DNA of 64,000 nt from Octopus sinensis. Its lineage: Eukaryota. The stretch is from positions 107,322,001 through 107,386,000 of the forward strand of contig NC_043005.1 in NCBI RefSeq assembly GCF_006345805.1. Direction: 5' to 3'. The notes beneath the pieces were generated by a model. The model was not told where the DNA came from. It saw only the letters and a program-made list of their open reading frames with translations, and did not search any database. Below are positions 1 to 12,418 of the stretch, in pieces. A program made the translations under genes and the position numbers. Every line of letters begins with the position of its first letter. The stretch's first letter is position 1.

Positions 1-515
1 GTGGAGTCGTAATGGCCCAGTGGTTAGGGTAGCGGACTCGCGTTCGTAGAATCGCGGTTTCGATTCCCAGACCGGGCGTTGTGGGTGTATATTGAGCGAA
101 AACAACTAAAGTACCACGAGGCTCCGGCAGGGTGTTGTGGTGAACCCTGCTGTACTCTTTCACCACTACTTTCTCTCACTCTTTCTTCCTGTTTCTGTTG
201 TACCTGTATTTCAAAGGGCCAGCCTTGTCACATTCTGTGTCATGCTGAATCTTCCCAAGAACTACGACAAGGGTACACGTGTCTGTGGAGTGCTCAGCCA
301 CTTGCACGCTAATAAATGAGCTGCGACGTCACAGGTGCCAAGCTGTATCAGCCTTTGCATTTCCCTTGGATAACATAGGTGGCGTGGAGAGGGAGACTGG
401 CATGCGTGGGCGACTGCTGGTCTTCCATACACAACCTTGCCCAGACTTGTGCCTCGGAGGGTTAGTTTCTAGGTGCAATCCCATGGTCACTATGACCGAA
501 GGGAGTCACAACTAA
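1..515 (+). mobile_element. tRNA-derived SINE with LINE-like 3' tail
   Basis: Head has A-box-like TGGCCCAGTGG and B-box-like GGTTTCGATTCC. Its tail (GGATAACATAGGTGGCGTGGAGAGG...CTCGGAGGG...TTCTAGGTGCAATCCCATGG) recurs reverse-complemented at 36160-36300. Confidence 0.75.
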
Positions 516-1980
516 ACACTTTATATTTCTCTTTCACTCTCTCTTTCCCCTCAACTTCAAACTTCAACAAATTTTTTAAAACTATGTCATCTCCCTCTTC
601 ACGTCGTTATTATTCTTTCTTTTCCTCTTGCTTTCTCCCTATCTCTCTAGTTATCTGCCTCTCTTCTCTCCCTCTGTCTGTCTGTCTGTCTCTCTCTCTC
701 TGTCTGTCTCTCTCTCTCTCTGTCTGCCTTTTTTTATCCTAGCCACCAGAACATCACTTCTCTGCTAAGAATTGTATTTCTAACTCTGTTTCTCTGTATT
801 ACTCGCTTCAACTAACATTTTAACCCTTAATAAATATTACGTTCCCTTTATCTCACATCATGGACACGTCTCTCTCCCTTTTTTCTTTCTCATCTTTTTT
901 CTTTCCCTGTCTTTCTTTCTCGCTCTTCGCCTTTCTCTCTTTCTCTGCCTGTCTTTTTCTTTTTTTCTTCCTTTCTCTCTCGCTTTCTCTTTCTTCGCGT
1001 ATCCCTTCAACTACTCACGCAACAGCGGAAAGCATTTCGGCCTCAGTGTATTAATATATGGATATTTTTGTGAAATACTTACATAGTACTAAACACAAGA
1101 CCATCACATTACCTTTCAATCACCGAATGAGTTTTCGTGTAAGATTCGTATTTTGTTACTATTGCGATATTTTAAACTATCATCAAATTTCGTTAGATGG
1201 ACACAAAAATACTTTTTTAGTTCTCGGGCTAAGAAATCTGTCCGAAATGCCATAAAATTCTTCTTGCAACGAAATTAAAAATCTATATATTGTAACAAAT
1301 AAATCCCTTCTTCAATATTCGAAGATATAATGTTCATGCCAATGTGTCGTAATGGAAGTATTAAGGCTTCTAAATCGATTACCAGAAGTTTTTAGTAGCT
1401 TATGATGCTGTGTTCAAATCTCTCCAAATCTTTCATTTCAGTTGTTATTAACATCACCATCATCGATCATATCAACATGGACTTCATCGGACAAAATGTG
1501 TTCAGTTAGATCTCTATGAGTTCTGAATTTTTACTCCTTTCATCTCATGTACTGTGTACCAGAAAAACAATAGATATAGCTTAGTTGAAATCTACCTATT
1601 CGTAAAAACCGAGGCATTCTTCCAATGCTTTAAATCCTTGTCATTCTTGTTGGTGACCATGTTTAAAGCGATAATATCAAGAATAATATAAAGTCGGAAC
1701 TTAGATGTAGATTAAGCGGGTTGGGGGAATTGTTTCATGGGTATTTAGAAAGGTTGCAGCAGACTGAAGTTGTGTATATGTATGTGTGTATGTGCTTGCT
1801 TATGTTTGTATACATAGATGCATATATATATATGTATGTATGTATATATGTAAGTATGTATGTATGTAACTATCTATCTATCTATATATATATATATATA
1901 TATATCTGTTTTTTCGTTGTTAAAAAATATATATATATATGTATACACACATATCTATATATACATATATATACATACAT

Positions 1981-2160
1981 ATAATAATAAATTGTGAGGA
2001 ATTACACCAAACTTACAGGGAAAAATTCAATTTAGAAAAACTAAATCTAATTTCACACAATATGATATACATATATATAAATTAGAAGAACCACCTTTTA
2101 TCAATTCAAAATGAAAAATTAAATTCCACCATCTAGAAAATTACTTATAATTGAAATATT
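1981..2160. repeat. Short interspersed repeat embedded in (TA)n, possibly a PLE terminal fragment
   Basis: 1981-2050 (GAGGAATTACACCAAACTTACAGGGAAAAATTC) matches the reverse complement of 35427-35495. Both copies abut TA microsatellites. The PLE origin is inference. Confidence 0.5.
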
Positions 2161-2445
2161 ATATATAATGGTGGTGCCCCAGCATGGCCACACCTCGTGA
2201 GCTAAAACTAGATAAAATTTAAAAAAATAAAAAAATAAGATAAAAAAAATAATATATCGATTATTAAATAATGTGCAAAATAATATATATATATATAGAT
2301 ATATATACATACATACATATATCTATATATATATACATATATATCGTTTCCCGGCATTGGGATACATGCTTTTATTCCACGGTGGTGCTCCAGCATGACC
2401 GCATCCGCGTCGCTGAAATGAGTAAGAGAATAAAAGAATTATATA

Positions 2446-2486
<41 letters not shown>

Positions 2487-3034
2487 AAATGAGGGGTTTA
2501 GTTCACTTGTGATCTAAACGAAGAGGTACGCTGAGCACAGAAAGATAAACGCGGTCTTGAAAATAAACATACGGAGAAATATATTCACGTAAAGTTATCA
2601 ATTACATGAATTTATTAAATAAATATGGAGAAGGATTCTCCCACAATGATGATGTTTTATAGTATGCGTGTGTATGTGTGTGTGTATGTGTGTGTAAACA
2701 TAAAGTGCAGAATAATAGCTTTCCAAATAACAACCAGTCTATTACATTATATGCGAGGTGTAAAGAGCGCCAGGTAGAATTTTTTACTGTGCCTTGTCAA
2801 ACCAGATGTGCCTTTCAACAGGGGAAATTATAATATTGCTATTCTGACCTATTCCTGCCACTCTGTAAGAAGAAAAGCATTTACATTTATGAGTGAAAGG
2901 TGTATTCAATATTCACGAAATGCATTCTAGCAATTTCATTCCATTCTGCTCTTCCTCTTGTGACAAGGATTGATGAGATTGTTTCACTATTATTGGAAGA
3001 AATCGAAAATGCAAATATATATATATATATGTAT

Positions 3035-3451
3035 ATTACTTGTTTCGGCCATTTGACAACAGCCATGCTGGGGCATCGCCTTGAAAGGTTTTCGTCGAAT
3101 AAATCGACCCCAGGACTTACTTTTCGAGCCCAATACTTATTTTATCAGTTATTATGCCGAACCGCTAAGTTACAGGGACGTAAACACACCAACACCGATT
3201 TCAAGCGGTGGTGGAAGCTAAACGCAAACACAAAAACACTCACACATAGATACACACAGACAGACAGACAGACAGACACACACACATATATATATATATA
3301 TGGATGCAGAACAGGATTATTTTTAATTTCTATCTACCAAATCCATTCACAAGGCTATAGCAGAGGAAAGTCGACCAAAGTGCCATGCAGTGGGACTGAA
3401 ACTGGAACCATGTGGTTGGGAAGTAAGCTTCTTACCACAGAGCCACACCTG
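3035..3451 (-). mobile_element. tRNA-derived SINE (CORE/OR2-like octopus family)
   Basis: Diverged reverse complement of the 22909-23320 family: tRNA-like head, CACAAGGC/CAAATCCA core, internal (CA)/(TA) tract, CCAGCATGGC...GAAACAAGTA tail. Confidence 0.75.
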
Positions 3452-4666
3452 AATGTATCTGTATTTCACTGTTATTGTCCATATGCACGATTTTACACTA
3501 CTTCACCAAATATGAAAAAATATTTATCTTCTGATCAGCTCTTAAATGAACCAGCGGCACAAATTTTACTTATGACATTTGTCTTGCGGAACAGATGTGC
3601 CGCTTTTTAATTTTTTTTATCTCCCATGAAAAGTTCTTTTTAAGAAATTTCAATCTGTGTTTCATCTCACAGCAAACCACATTGCATCTCAAATGAATAA
3701 TCTACGATGTGCCACAAGAGTGCCAGATCCTTAGAAAGAAGAAACGGATATTCCGCAAACCGTACTTTATCGCCTTCAAAATGTGTAGTTCTAGATATGT
3801 TAATGGGTATATTATTCCTCCATATTCAGGGTGTAAATTATTGGTTTTTCATTATTAGATGGTGTGCAAAAATAACTAAATCCCAAGGAAATAACAATCT
3901 ACTATCTTTTAAAAATCAAAAACAAAGTACACATGAGATGGTGTACACTTAGATACATTATTCTAAAGATAAAGGGACAGGGTTATTGCCACTGTTAAGC
4001 TTTTGATCATAGACCTGCTCTATCCGTCCTTAGCAGGAGTTAAAAGAGATTGCCACTTTTAAAGAGGAAATTACGAAATTTCAACGAACTTGATAGATCG
4101 GAGAGAAAGAAATACGAGCTAAATTTCTTTTTTATAACCGTATGAATTGCTCTAAACCGAAGATATTTGATACGGTTATCCTATGTAAATAAAAAAAAGG
4201 GGGTTTTGATGTCTATAACACCTTTGTTCCTACTTCGAATTGTCGGTCACACGTTAGTGACCTCAGTATTAATCCCCTTCCTCCTCCTCCTTTTCCTTAT
4301 CATCATCATCGCTTATTTTTATGAATTTGTTTTAGCAATTTTATAACTATTAATTTCTGTATTGTTAGTAGTATTGTTGTCAAGCCTCAGTTTTCGCTGT
4401 ACATTCTTCCGTCAGTGGCGTAGTATAACGTGAATTTTTACATAGTCTGACGCACCTGTATGTGCAGCAGCAGCAGTAGCAGCAGCATGCTCATGAAAAT
4501 TTCAAGCAACTGTTTTAAATAAGCTTCTCTCTAGATCTGTATTAAGTATTCCTTTTCCAGATCGCTGTTTTAAAAACGGAAACACACATACAAATGTGTC
4601 TGTGTGTGTGTGCTTGTGTGTGTGCATGTATGTGTACATTCCATACATATATACATATGTATATAT

Positions 4667-5815
4667 GGGATTTGCCCTCTCTATAGGAGCAAGTCATGGA
4701 ACATTAAGAAGAAAATAGGGAAAGCCAACTCATGGTATGATAGCCACAAATACTAGAGTGTTATGTTGTCGAAGGCACCCTTAGAGGCGAACGGGCATAC
4801 CGCTTTATAAGGGTCCTAGACAAACTTAAACTAAGAATTAAGGTTGTAGAAAGGCCAACCAACCCTATCAAAAGACCTAATCGGTAGAATCTACCCTTTT
4901 AGTAGAACCTTCTGTACTGATAGAAACTGTACTGTATTTAGATTTAGCCCACAAACAAACTGTAAAGCTAGAAATGTAATCTATAGTATAAGATGTACGG
5001 AGGGACGGTGCAATAACAAGACAACGACGTACGTAGGGGAAACAGCACGGAGCATAGAAGAGCGGGTAAATGGGCATTGGAGGGAACTTAAGGAAGAGAA
5101 AAACTCATCGGTTCTGTAACAACACGCCGAGCAGGAACATGGGGGCTCACTCAACAATATTGAAGTTAAAATCTTATCCACACACAGAACAGACGCAACG
5201 CTTAGACAAATTAAGGAAGCAACACACATAATAGGAGATAAACCTAGGCTGAATAGGAAACTAGAATGGAACACTAGCACACACCCCAACAAACCACAGC
5301 ATATGACAGATTAAGATCCAAATAAACTGATAGTGATATGAATATAATACAATACACAGATAAATAAAGGGAACTAAATAACTATATATATTAACAAAAT
5401 AAATTATATTAAATGCAAAAAACAGAAAGAAGAAAAATAATCAGATATAAATAAACAAATGAACAAAATATATAAATGCAAATTAAACGAACGTGCATAA
5501 ACAACGGATACTGATAATACAGGTATATCCCCCCCACACACACACTTACTAAACATAGATACACACGGGCATTCACGCATGCGCAAAGAAAGACACATGC
5601 AATATGAATACAAAATGGAGTTAGCCGTTTTACTCCTGCACACTATTATGTGTGTAGTAAGAAAAGGCACGGAAAAAAGAAAGAAGAAAGCAAAGAACTA
5701 CTGATGAGGTCACAGAAGTGTGACGAAAGAATTCTGGTCGAAATACGATTAATATGAAATAAAGCTGAAGCAAGTGAACACCAAATATATAGTGAATGTG
5801 CTTTTATTGGCTAAA
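4667..5815 (+). mobile_element. Penelope-like element 3' fragment: degenerate GIY-YIG endonuclease, 3' UTR and hammerhead
   Basis: My translation of frame 4862-5314: ...FCTDRNC...NCKARNVIYSIRCTEGRCNNKTTTYVGETARSIEERVNGHWRE...*QHAEQEH...LRQIKEATHIIGDKPRLNRKLEW. It has a VIY...YVGET GIY-YIG motif, one in-frame stop and upstream frameshifts. Absent from the ORF track. Confidence 0.85.
5695..5740 (+). ncRNA. Minimal type I hammerhead ribozyme motif
   Basis: ACTA-CTGATGA(5701-5707)-G-GTCACA-GAAG-TGTGAC-GAAA-GAATTC-TGGT. Intact core and perfect 6-bp stem II; stem III and the cleavage triplet are ambiguous. Confidence 0.6.
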
Positions 5816-5901
5816 CTGGCAACATGACCATCTCCAAATACAATATATATTTATCTATATATACATATATGTATATTTATGTATCTATATATGTATATAT
5901 A

Positions 5902-6011
<110 letters not shown>

Positions 6012-6119
6012 GTATCTATATATATATATATGCACGTATCTATATATACATAGATACATGCATATATATATATGCATGCATGTTTGCATGTATATATACA
6101 TATATACAAGCATATAAAA

Positions 6120-6385
6120 TCCGAAATGTACAGTGTTATATATCCACTACGGTTGATTTTACCAATCGGTTTCGCGCAAGGGATACATTGGAGAGTTAAG
6201 TAACAATCCCATTATATAACATTAGGCTCATTAGAGTTAGCCGTTTTCCCCTTCCATATCAGCTAACTCTGATGAGTGTAAGGTTATATAATCTGATTGT
6301 TACCTAATACTCCATTGTATTCCTTGAGTGAAACCTATTGGCAAGATCAACCTCGAGATGGATATATAGTGCTGTGTATTTCGGA
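6120..6385. repeat. Long imperfect inverted repeat (~122-bp arms, 20-nt loop) carrying a hammerhead motif on each strand
   Basis: 6120-6241 pairs with 6262-6385. The + arm has CTGATGA (6269-6275)...GAAACCTATTGGCA (6330-6343). The - arm has CTAATGA (6234-6228)...GCGAAACCGATTGGTA (to 6160). Confidence 0.8.
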
Positions 6386-6506
6386 TAAAATACCTACTCG
6401 TTTGACAAATATACTAGTGCACCTTTCCCCTGACTTATGGTCTCTTAGACGACTTACGTATATACGAGAGCTAGCTAGCTAACTAGATAGACAGAAAAAA
6501 ATAGAA

Positions 6507-6537
<31 letters not shown>

Positions 6538-7884
6538 GAGACAGAGAGTCTCTAACCAGTTCAAGGCAATGTACGCTACGAAGAGTCAACATATAACAGA
6601 AGCCAAATGAGGTTATTCTCCACAGCAAAATTCCCATGAAAACGCTTCAAAATCTGAGAATGAGAACCAACAACGTATTTAAAAAGTAAATAGCTAAGCA
6701 TTATTATGCAGCCAGGTGAATATCTACATAAACCATCTTTCTTTGCCTTATGGGTCTCAGTAGACAAACTTTGCGTGTCTGCGTAAATATCAACATCAAA
6801 ATCGCACTATTTACTCCAAGTCCCGTTTTGGATGACAACAAAACAAACGTTGAGTTTGTTAGGCAAGAGAAGTAAATTTATCTAATATGCTATGATATCC
6901 TTGATATATTATATTTAATAATACATTAAATAACTAGTTATTCCACCACGGTGTCTGATAACACTCGATAACAAAAGCCATGCAAATATAGTTTATTCAA
7001 TATTGAAGTTTATCGCATGAACCGATATTTATGGCGTGGATTCATATTTGCTGATGTTATCAAAATTTACGATAGGAAATGGACAGAATTTACATGTTTA
7101 TAATTGATTTCAATCAGATTTTTATTGTTGGAAATTTGGGGGCGAAACTTGAACAAAGATTGTTATAGATGGCAAAGTGAATATTATAAAGTGTTCGCAG
7201 GTAATGGAGTAGATTCAATTAGAGCGAGAGGGATAGTGGGGGTAGTAGTTAGACTAATTGTTAATAATAAGGTGGTGATTGGATTCCCGCTGTTGATGTC
7301 GATGTAGTGTGCAAGGATTAGGGACAGGGTGTGCATCTCGTGTATTCAATTTCATGTGAGCAATGAATAAAATTTATGAAAGAATTAGATAATGAGGTAT
7401 TCAGTTCACTTAAATGAACGGACACAAACAAATATAAACACCTATACACATAAAACGTATACACAAGCACACACAGATATAAATGAGATACATAGCTAAA
7501 TTGTTATACACAGAAACAGAAAGAGAGAGATTTATGTATATAAAAATTCCTGTGTGTACGCATAAATGTATGTCTATGAGTGTGTATATGTCTATGTGTG
7601 TGTGTGTGTGTGAAATAAATGGGAGATACTAAAGAATTATATTGCACAATGATAATATAAATACATTATTATTGTCGTATTTATTTTATTATATGCCAAT
7701 ATTTCATCATAATCATCATCATCATCATCGCGGTCATCATGGTCGTCGTAGTCGTCGTCATTTTATAATTTATTATTGTTGTTGCTGTTCATATCATTAA
7801 CAAATGTAATAATAAAAGTAAAATAAAATAAAATAAAGATGTCAAAAACAATAATATTTGTTTCAATGGGCAGCAGATTTTTTG

Positions 7885-8074
7885 TTGTTGGGGGGGGGGG
7901 AGATAAGTCGATTACATCGATCCCAGTGTTCAAGTGGTACTTAATTTATCGAGCCCGAATGGGTGACAGGCAAAATCGATCTCGGGGGAATTTGAACTCA
8001 GAACGTATTGCCAGGCAAAATACCGCTAAGTACTTTGCCCGCTGGGCTAATGATACTGCCAGCTCTCTGCCTTA
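7885..8074 (-). mobile_element. tRNA-derived SINE (AAGGCGG...GAGTTCAAATTCC...GTCGAT...AAGTACC family)
   Basis: Reverse-complement similarity to copies at 9227-9451, 36490-36704 and 41783-42200. Confidence 0.75.
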
Positions 8075-8136
8075 ATAACAAAAACAACAATAATAACCAC
8101 AACAGCAACAACAACAACAAAAACAACAATAATAAT

Positions 8137-8385
8137 GAAGTGAACCAAATTTGGACAGTCTAGTCCATTCTATGCGGATTTTCTCAAATATTATCAAGAT
8201 GGTGTTTGGACTTTCAAAATGTGCGGTGATAGTGAAGAAATAAGGTTAGTCAGAACAGAAGGAATATGTATGTCAAATAGTGAAAAGATGAAGGCCACTA
8301 ATCCTTAATCCGAATGAAATACATGGGAATACTCGAAGTAGATGGAATTAAGCATGGCGATATGAAAGAAAAAACCAAGATGAAA
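8137..8385 (+). pseudogene. Degenerate fragment of an R4/Dong-type LINE reverse transcriptase
   Basis: Translates with stops/shifts as EPNLDSLVHSMRIFSNIIKMVFGLSKCAVI...KYMGILEVDGIKHGDMKEKTK, homologous to KQLETLLKTVHGFTKEIDMKFGLEKCAKV...YKYFGIHELDKTQHTQMKEKIK of the 20059-21963 ORF. Begins at an (AAC/AAT)n tract. Confidence 0.7.
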
Positions 8386-8520
8386 TTTTTCCAGTGGAAC
8401 CCTGTATATATCCGAAAGCAATCCTTACAATTAAAGATCGAAAACGGAAAACAAAATTATATTAAAAAAAAACAACTCACTAATGATGTTTCAAGCGTAG
8501 ATTCTACGTGTGACACCACA

Positions 8521-8591
<71 letters not shown>

Positions 8592-8615
8592 TATTATTAT
8601 TATTATTATTATTAT

Positions 8616-8652
<37 letters not shown>

Positions 8653-8676
8653 TAATAATAATAATAATAATAATAA
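8521..8676. repeat. Inverted trinucleotide microsatellite (TTA)n then (TAA)n
   Basis: Polarity switches at about 8628; the two halves are mutually complementary. Confidence 0.9.
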
Positions 8677-9094
8677 CGATGTGCCAAACATTCTCACCCC
8701 TCTCACCACACATTTTTACATTTGTCGCTATTGGTAGTGTTGCTTGTTCTGCACTTCCTCTAGTTGGTCCTTAACGCTTGTTCGTGAGCTGCTTATATCA
8801 GTCCTTCTGACTCGATCTTCAGGTCACTTCTCCGCATCCCTATCCACCTTCTGTATCTGTCTTGGCGTTCATATCTCTTATAAACTGACTGTAAATTTTC
8901 TTTTCCTACCATACTTTCCCCTGTTTTTATTTTTCATTTCTTGTTTAAATTTTTCTTTCAATACACAATTTTCAGTTTTGATGGTGCCAGCCTTCGTGTA
9001 TTTCAGCAGTGGCTCTACAGCATTTTATGTATACCACCCTAAACTGCTTTTTGTATACTACCCTAAGCTCTTTCCCTCTGCTTCGATACAGTTC

Positions 9095-9514
9095 TAGCAA
9101 CTAGTCCAACCTCTCCCACAAATTTTGCTACAAGGCCACCAAATTTTGATAGGGGCTAAGTCGAATAAGACGGCAATGTCGCACCCCCCGGTATTTGAAC
9201 TCAGAAAATAAAGCTGGAAGAAATGCCTATTTCTTTATTGACCACAAGGGGCTAAACATAGAGGGGACAAACAAGAACAGACATAGGTATTAAGTCGATT
9301 ACATCGACTCCAGTGCGTAACTGGTACTTAATATATCGACCCCGAAAGGATGAAAGGCAAAGTCGACCTCGGCGGAATTTGAACTCACAACGTAACGCAG
9401 ACGAAAAACCGCTAAGCATTTCGTCCGGCGTGCTAACGTCTCTGCCAGCTTTGGAAGAAATGCAGTTAAGTATTTTGTCCGGTGCGGTAGCAATTCTGCC
9501 AGCTCACCGCCTTA
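9095..9514 (-). mobile_element. Older SINE interrupted by a younger SINE (9227-9451) with a 12-bp target-site duplication
   Basis: TGGAAGAAATGC at 9215-9226 and 9452-9463 flanks an internal SINE copy that has a distinct tail (GTTTAGCCCCTTGTGG...AAAGAAATAGG in element orientation). Confidence 0.85.
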
Positions 9515-9930
9515 GCAAATTTTATTTTAAGAAATATCATAGTTACTCGAAATGGAAAAGGTAGCTTGTTTGGTTCCATCAAACGTTGAACCAACAAATC
9601 TAACAAGCTCTGGGAGAAACTAGTTAGGCACTTGAGCTTCTAGAAAGAGCACCTAAATCGCCTTTATAACGTAGAGATATAAAAAAAATTATAAGTGACT
9701 CACTGCGCAGGGAAAGTTTTAATAATTTAAAAGCGAAAATTCAAAACGAATATAGAAAGTATTGATTATCTTGTTTTACTAATTATTTTGGTTTACTCTC
9801 TAATTATGAATAACAGGTATTTCAAGACGTTCCAAAATTTTCATTTAACTTTTACTACCTTAATTTATATATGTGAAAGTCCACGGCAAATCTTAAACAT
9901 CTTTTAACAGACACCACTGGATTGCAGAGT

Positions 9931-10225
9931 GGAGGCACATGGCTTAGTAGTTAGAGCAGCGGACATGCGGTCGAGGGATCGCGGGTTCAATCTCAGACCG
10001 AGCGATGTGTGTGTGTTTTTATGGGCGGAATACCTAAGCTCCGGCAGAAGGTAATGGCGAAACTTATGCTGACTCTTTCGCCACAACTTTCTCTCACTTT
10101 TTCCTCCTGCATCTTGCAGCTCACCTGCGTCGGACCGGCGTCCCGTACAGGTGGGGAACCGATACGCCAAGGAAACCGGGAAACCGGCTCTTATGAGCCA
10201 GGCGTGGCTTGAGAAGGAACAAACA
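9931..10225 (+). mobile_element. tRNA-derived SINE (head related to 1-515, different tail)
   Basis: GGAGGCACATGGCTTAGTAGTTAGAGC...GGGTTCAATC head; shares GCTCCGGCAG and CTTTCTCTCACT segments with the 1-515 copy. Confidence 0.75.
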
Positions 10226-10689
10226 TTGGATTGCAGCCAAGCCACTGGCCTAAAGTTCTGAGATTCTCAATGCTCTGTGTCAGAAACAAAACGCGATTTG
10301 TTCGATGCTGGCATTCCATTAGCTATTGGTTTACTCGAGTACGGCCGACCATGGACTAAAAAACAACAACACCAACAACAACAACAATACCTGCAGGCAT
10401 CTCCATGAAATTCAGCTTTGAAAGACTTTGAAATGTGTACATGTGTGGACGCCTTCCATTCTGTAAGTGTACAACTCTGCTAATTTAATTAAATAATCTT
10501 AATTAAACAAAACATGACTAAGTAATTACCTTAACACATGGTGAGGAATATATATGAGTCGTGAATTAAATCTAGGTCTTTCATTCCATTCTTAAGGTGA
10601 TTACAGACACAAATGAAACAGAATTGGCTTCAAACGTAACTCGAAAAAACATAAATACGGGGCTCACCACGAAATTGTTTCTTATTCGA

Positions 10690-10736
10690 AATAATAATGA
10701 TGATAATAATATAAAATAATAATAATAATAATAATA

Positions 10737-10778
<42 letters not shown>

Positions 10779-10941
10779 TGATGATAATAATATAAAATAA
10801 TAATAATATAATAATAATAATGATAATAATAATAATAATAAATAATAATAATAATGATGATAATAATATAAAATAATAATAATAATAATAATGATGATGA
10901 TAATAATATAAAATAATAATAATAATAATATAATAATAATA

Positions 10942-11004
<63 letters not shown>

Positions 11005-11015
11005 TGATGATAATA

Positions 11016-11048
<33 letters not shown>

Positions 11049-11062
11049 TGATAATAATATAA

Positions 11063-11148
<86 letters not shown>

Positions 11149-11153
11149 TGATA

Positions 11154-11205
<52 letters not shown>

Positions 11206-11225
11206 CGAGGAAGACGACGATAATG
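10690..11225. repeat. (AAT)n/(GAT)n compound microsatellite
   Basis: Directly visible; source of the poly-I/Y/M pseudo-ORFs. Confidence 0.95.
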
Positions 11226-11279
11226 ATGATCAAAAAGTTACGTATATATTGTGTACATGTATGTATATATGTATGCATT

Positions 11280-11310
<31 letters not shown>

Positions 11311-11332
11311 TATATATATGTATATATATATA

Positions 11333-11369
<37 letters not shown>

Positions 11370-12318
11370 AGTGTATATGTATGTAATTATATATATGTGT
11401 GTGTGTGTATGTGTGTATATGTATATATATATATATATATACATATATGTTGTATACATTCATTCACACACTTACATATATATATTTAATGAAACCAAAG
11501 TTCTTTCATATTAATTCCTGCTATGTTCTTTTTGTTATATTTCCGAGTTTTCCGTTTCTTTTTCATTATTAATATACAATACGACCTCCTCTTCCTTCTG
11601 CTCCTCCTCCACCATCTCCTCCTTATTCTGTTCCCTAACTTACTCTCTTCATCTTCATTTTACACACCACCAGCGTAACCAACAGCAATAACACGAATAC
11701 CTTCTACCTCATCCTCATCTCCATGACAATTGTCGTCGCCGTCGTCGTCGTCATGATGATGATGATGATGATGATGATGATCATCATCATCATCATCATC
11801 ATTGGGTCCTTGTTTATTTTTAATGCCGTGCGATGTAATTATATTTGATGATGCTTTTGAAATGTGTCTTGTGTCGAAAAGCTTCATCCAATTTGTGCAA
11901 GCATTAAAAATCTTCTTTACAGCTAGCTATATGCTGATTAATTGCTATATATTTTTCTCGAAAGCTATCCCATAATGACAAAATCTTTCTCCTCCGAGCT
12001 ATTTACTTGTCATCATTTAAGCAACTGTCTTTTCATCCATCTTGAAATTTGTCAAAATACATTTTTTTACCCTTCTCTCTCTCTTTTTTTTATCCTTTTG
12101 ATTGCTCTAGTGGATGGTTTTCTTTTTGTTTCTTCGCTTTGGATTGTTTCCCTTTCCATTTTTATATTACTATTTGCTCAAATATCTATGTACATGTATG
12201 CATGTATATCTAAATATACACACACGCATACGCACATACATATATATTTATACCATATATATATATATATATAATATATATATATATACATATATATATA
12301 TATGTATGTATGTATATG

Positions 12319-12418
<100 letters not shown>

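Noticed and set aside
1-80. tRNA gene
   Set aside because: It has A/B boxes but continues into a SINE body, with no convincing acceptor stem.
2900-3610. 236-aa ORF
   Set aside because: It runs antisense through a SINE and microsatellites; no recognisable domain.
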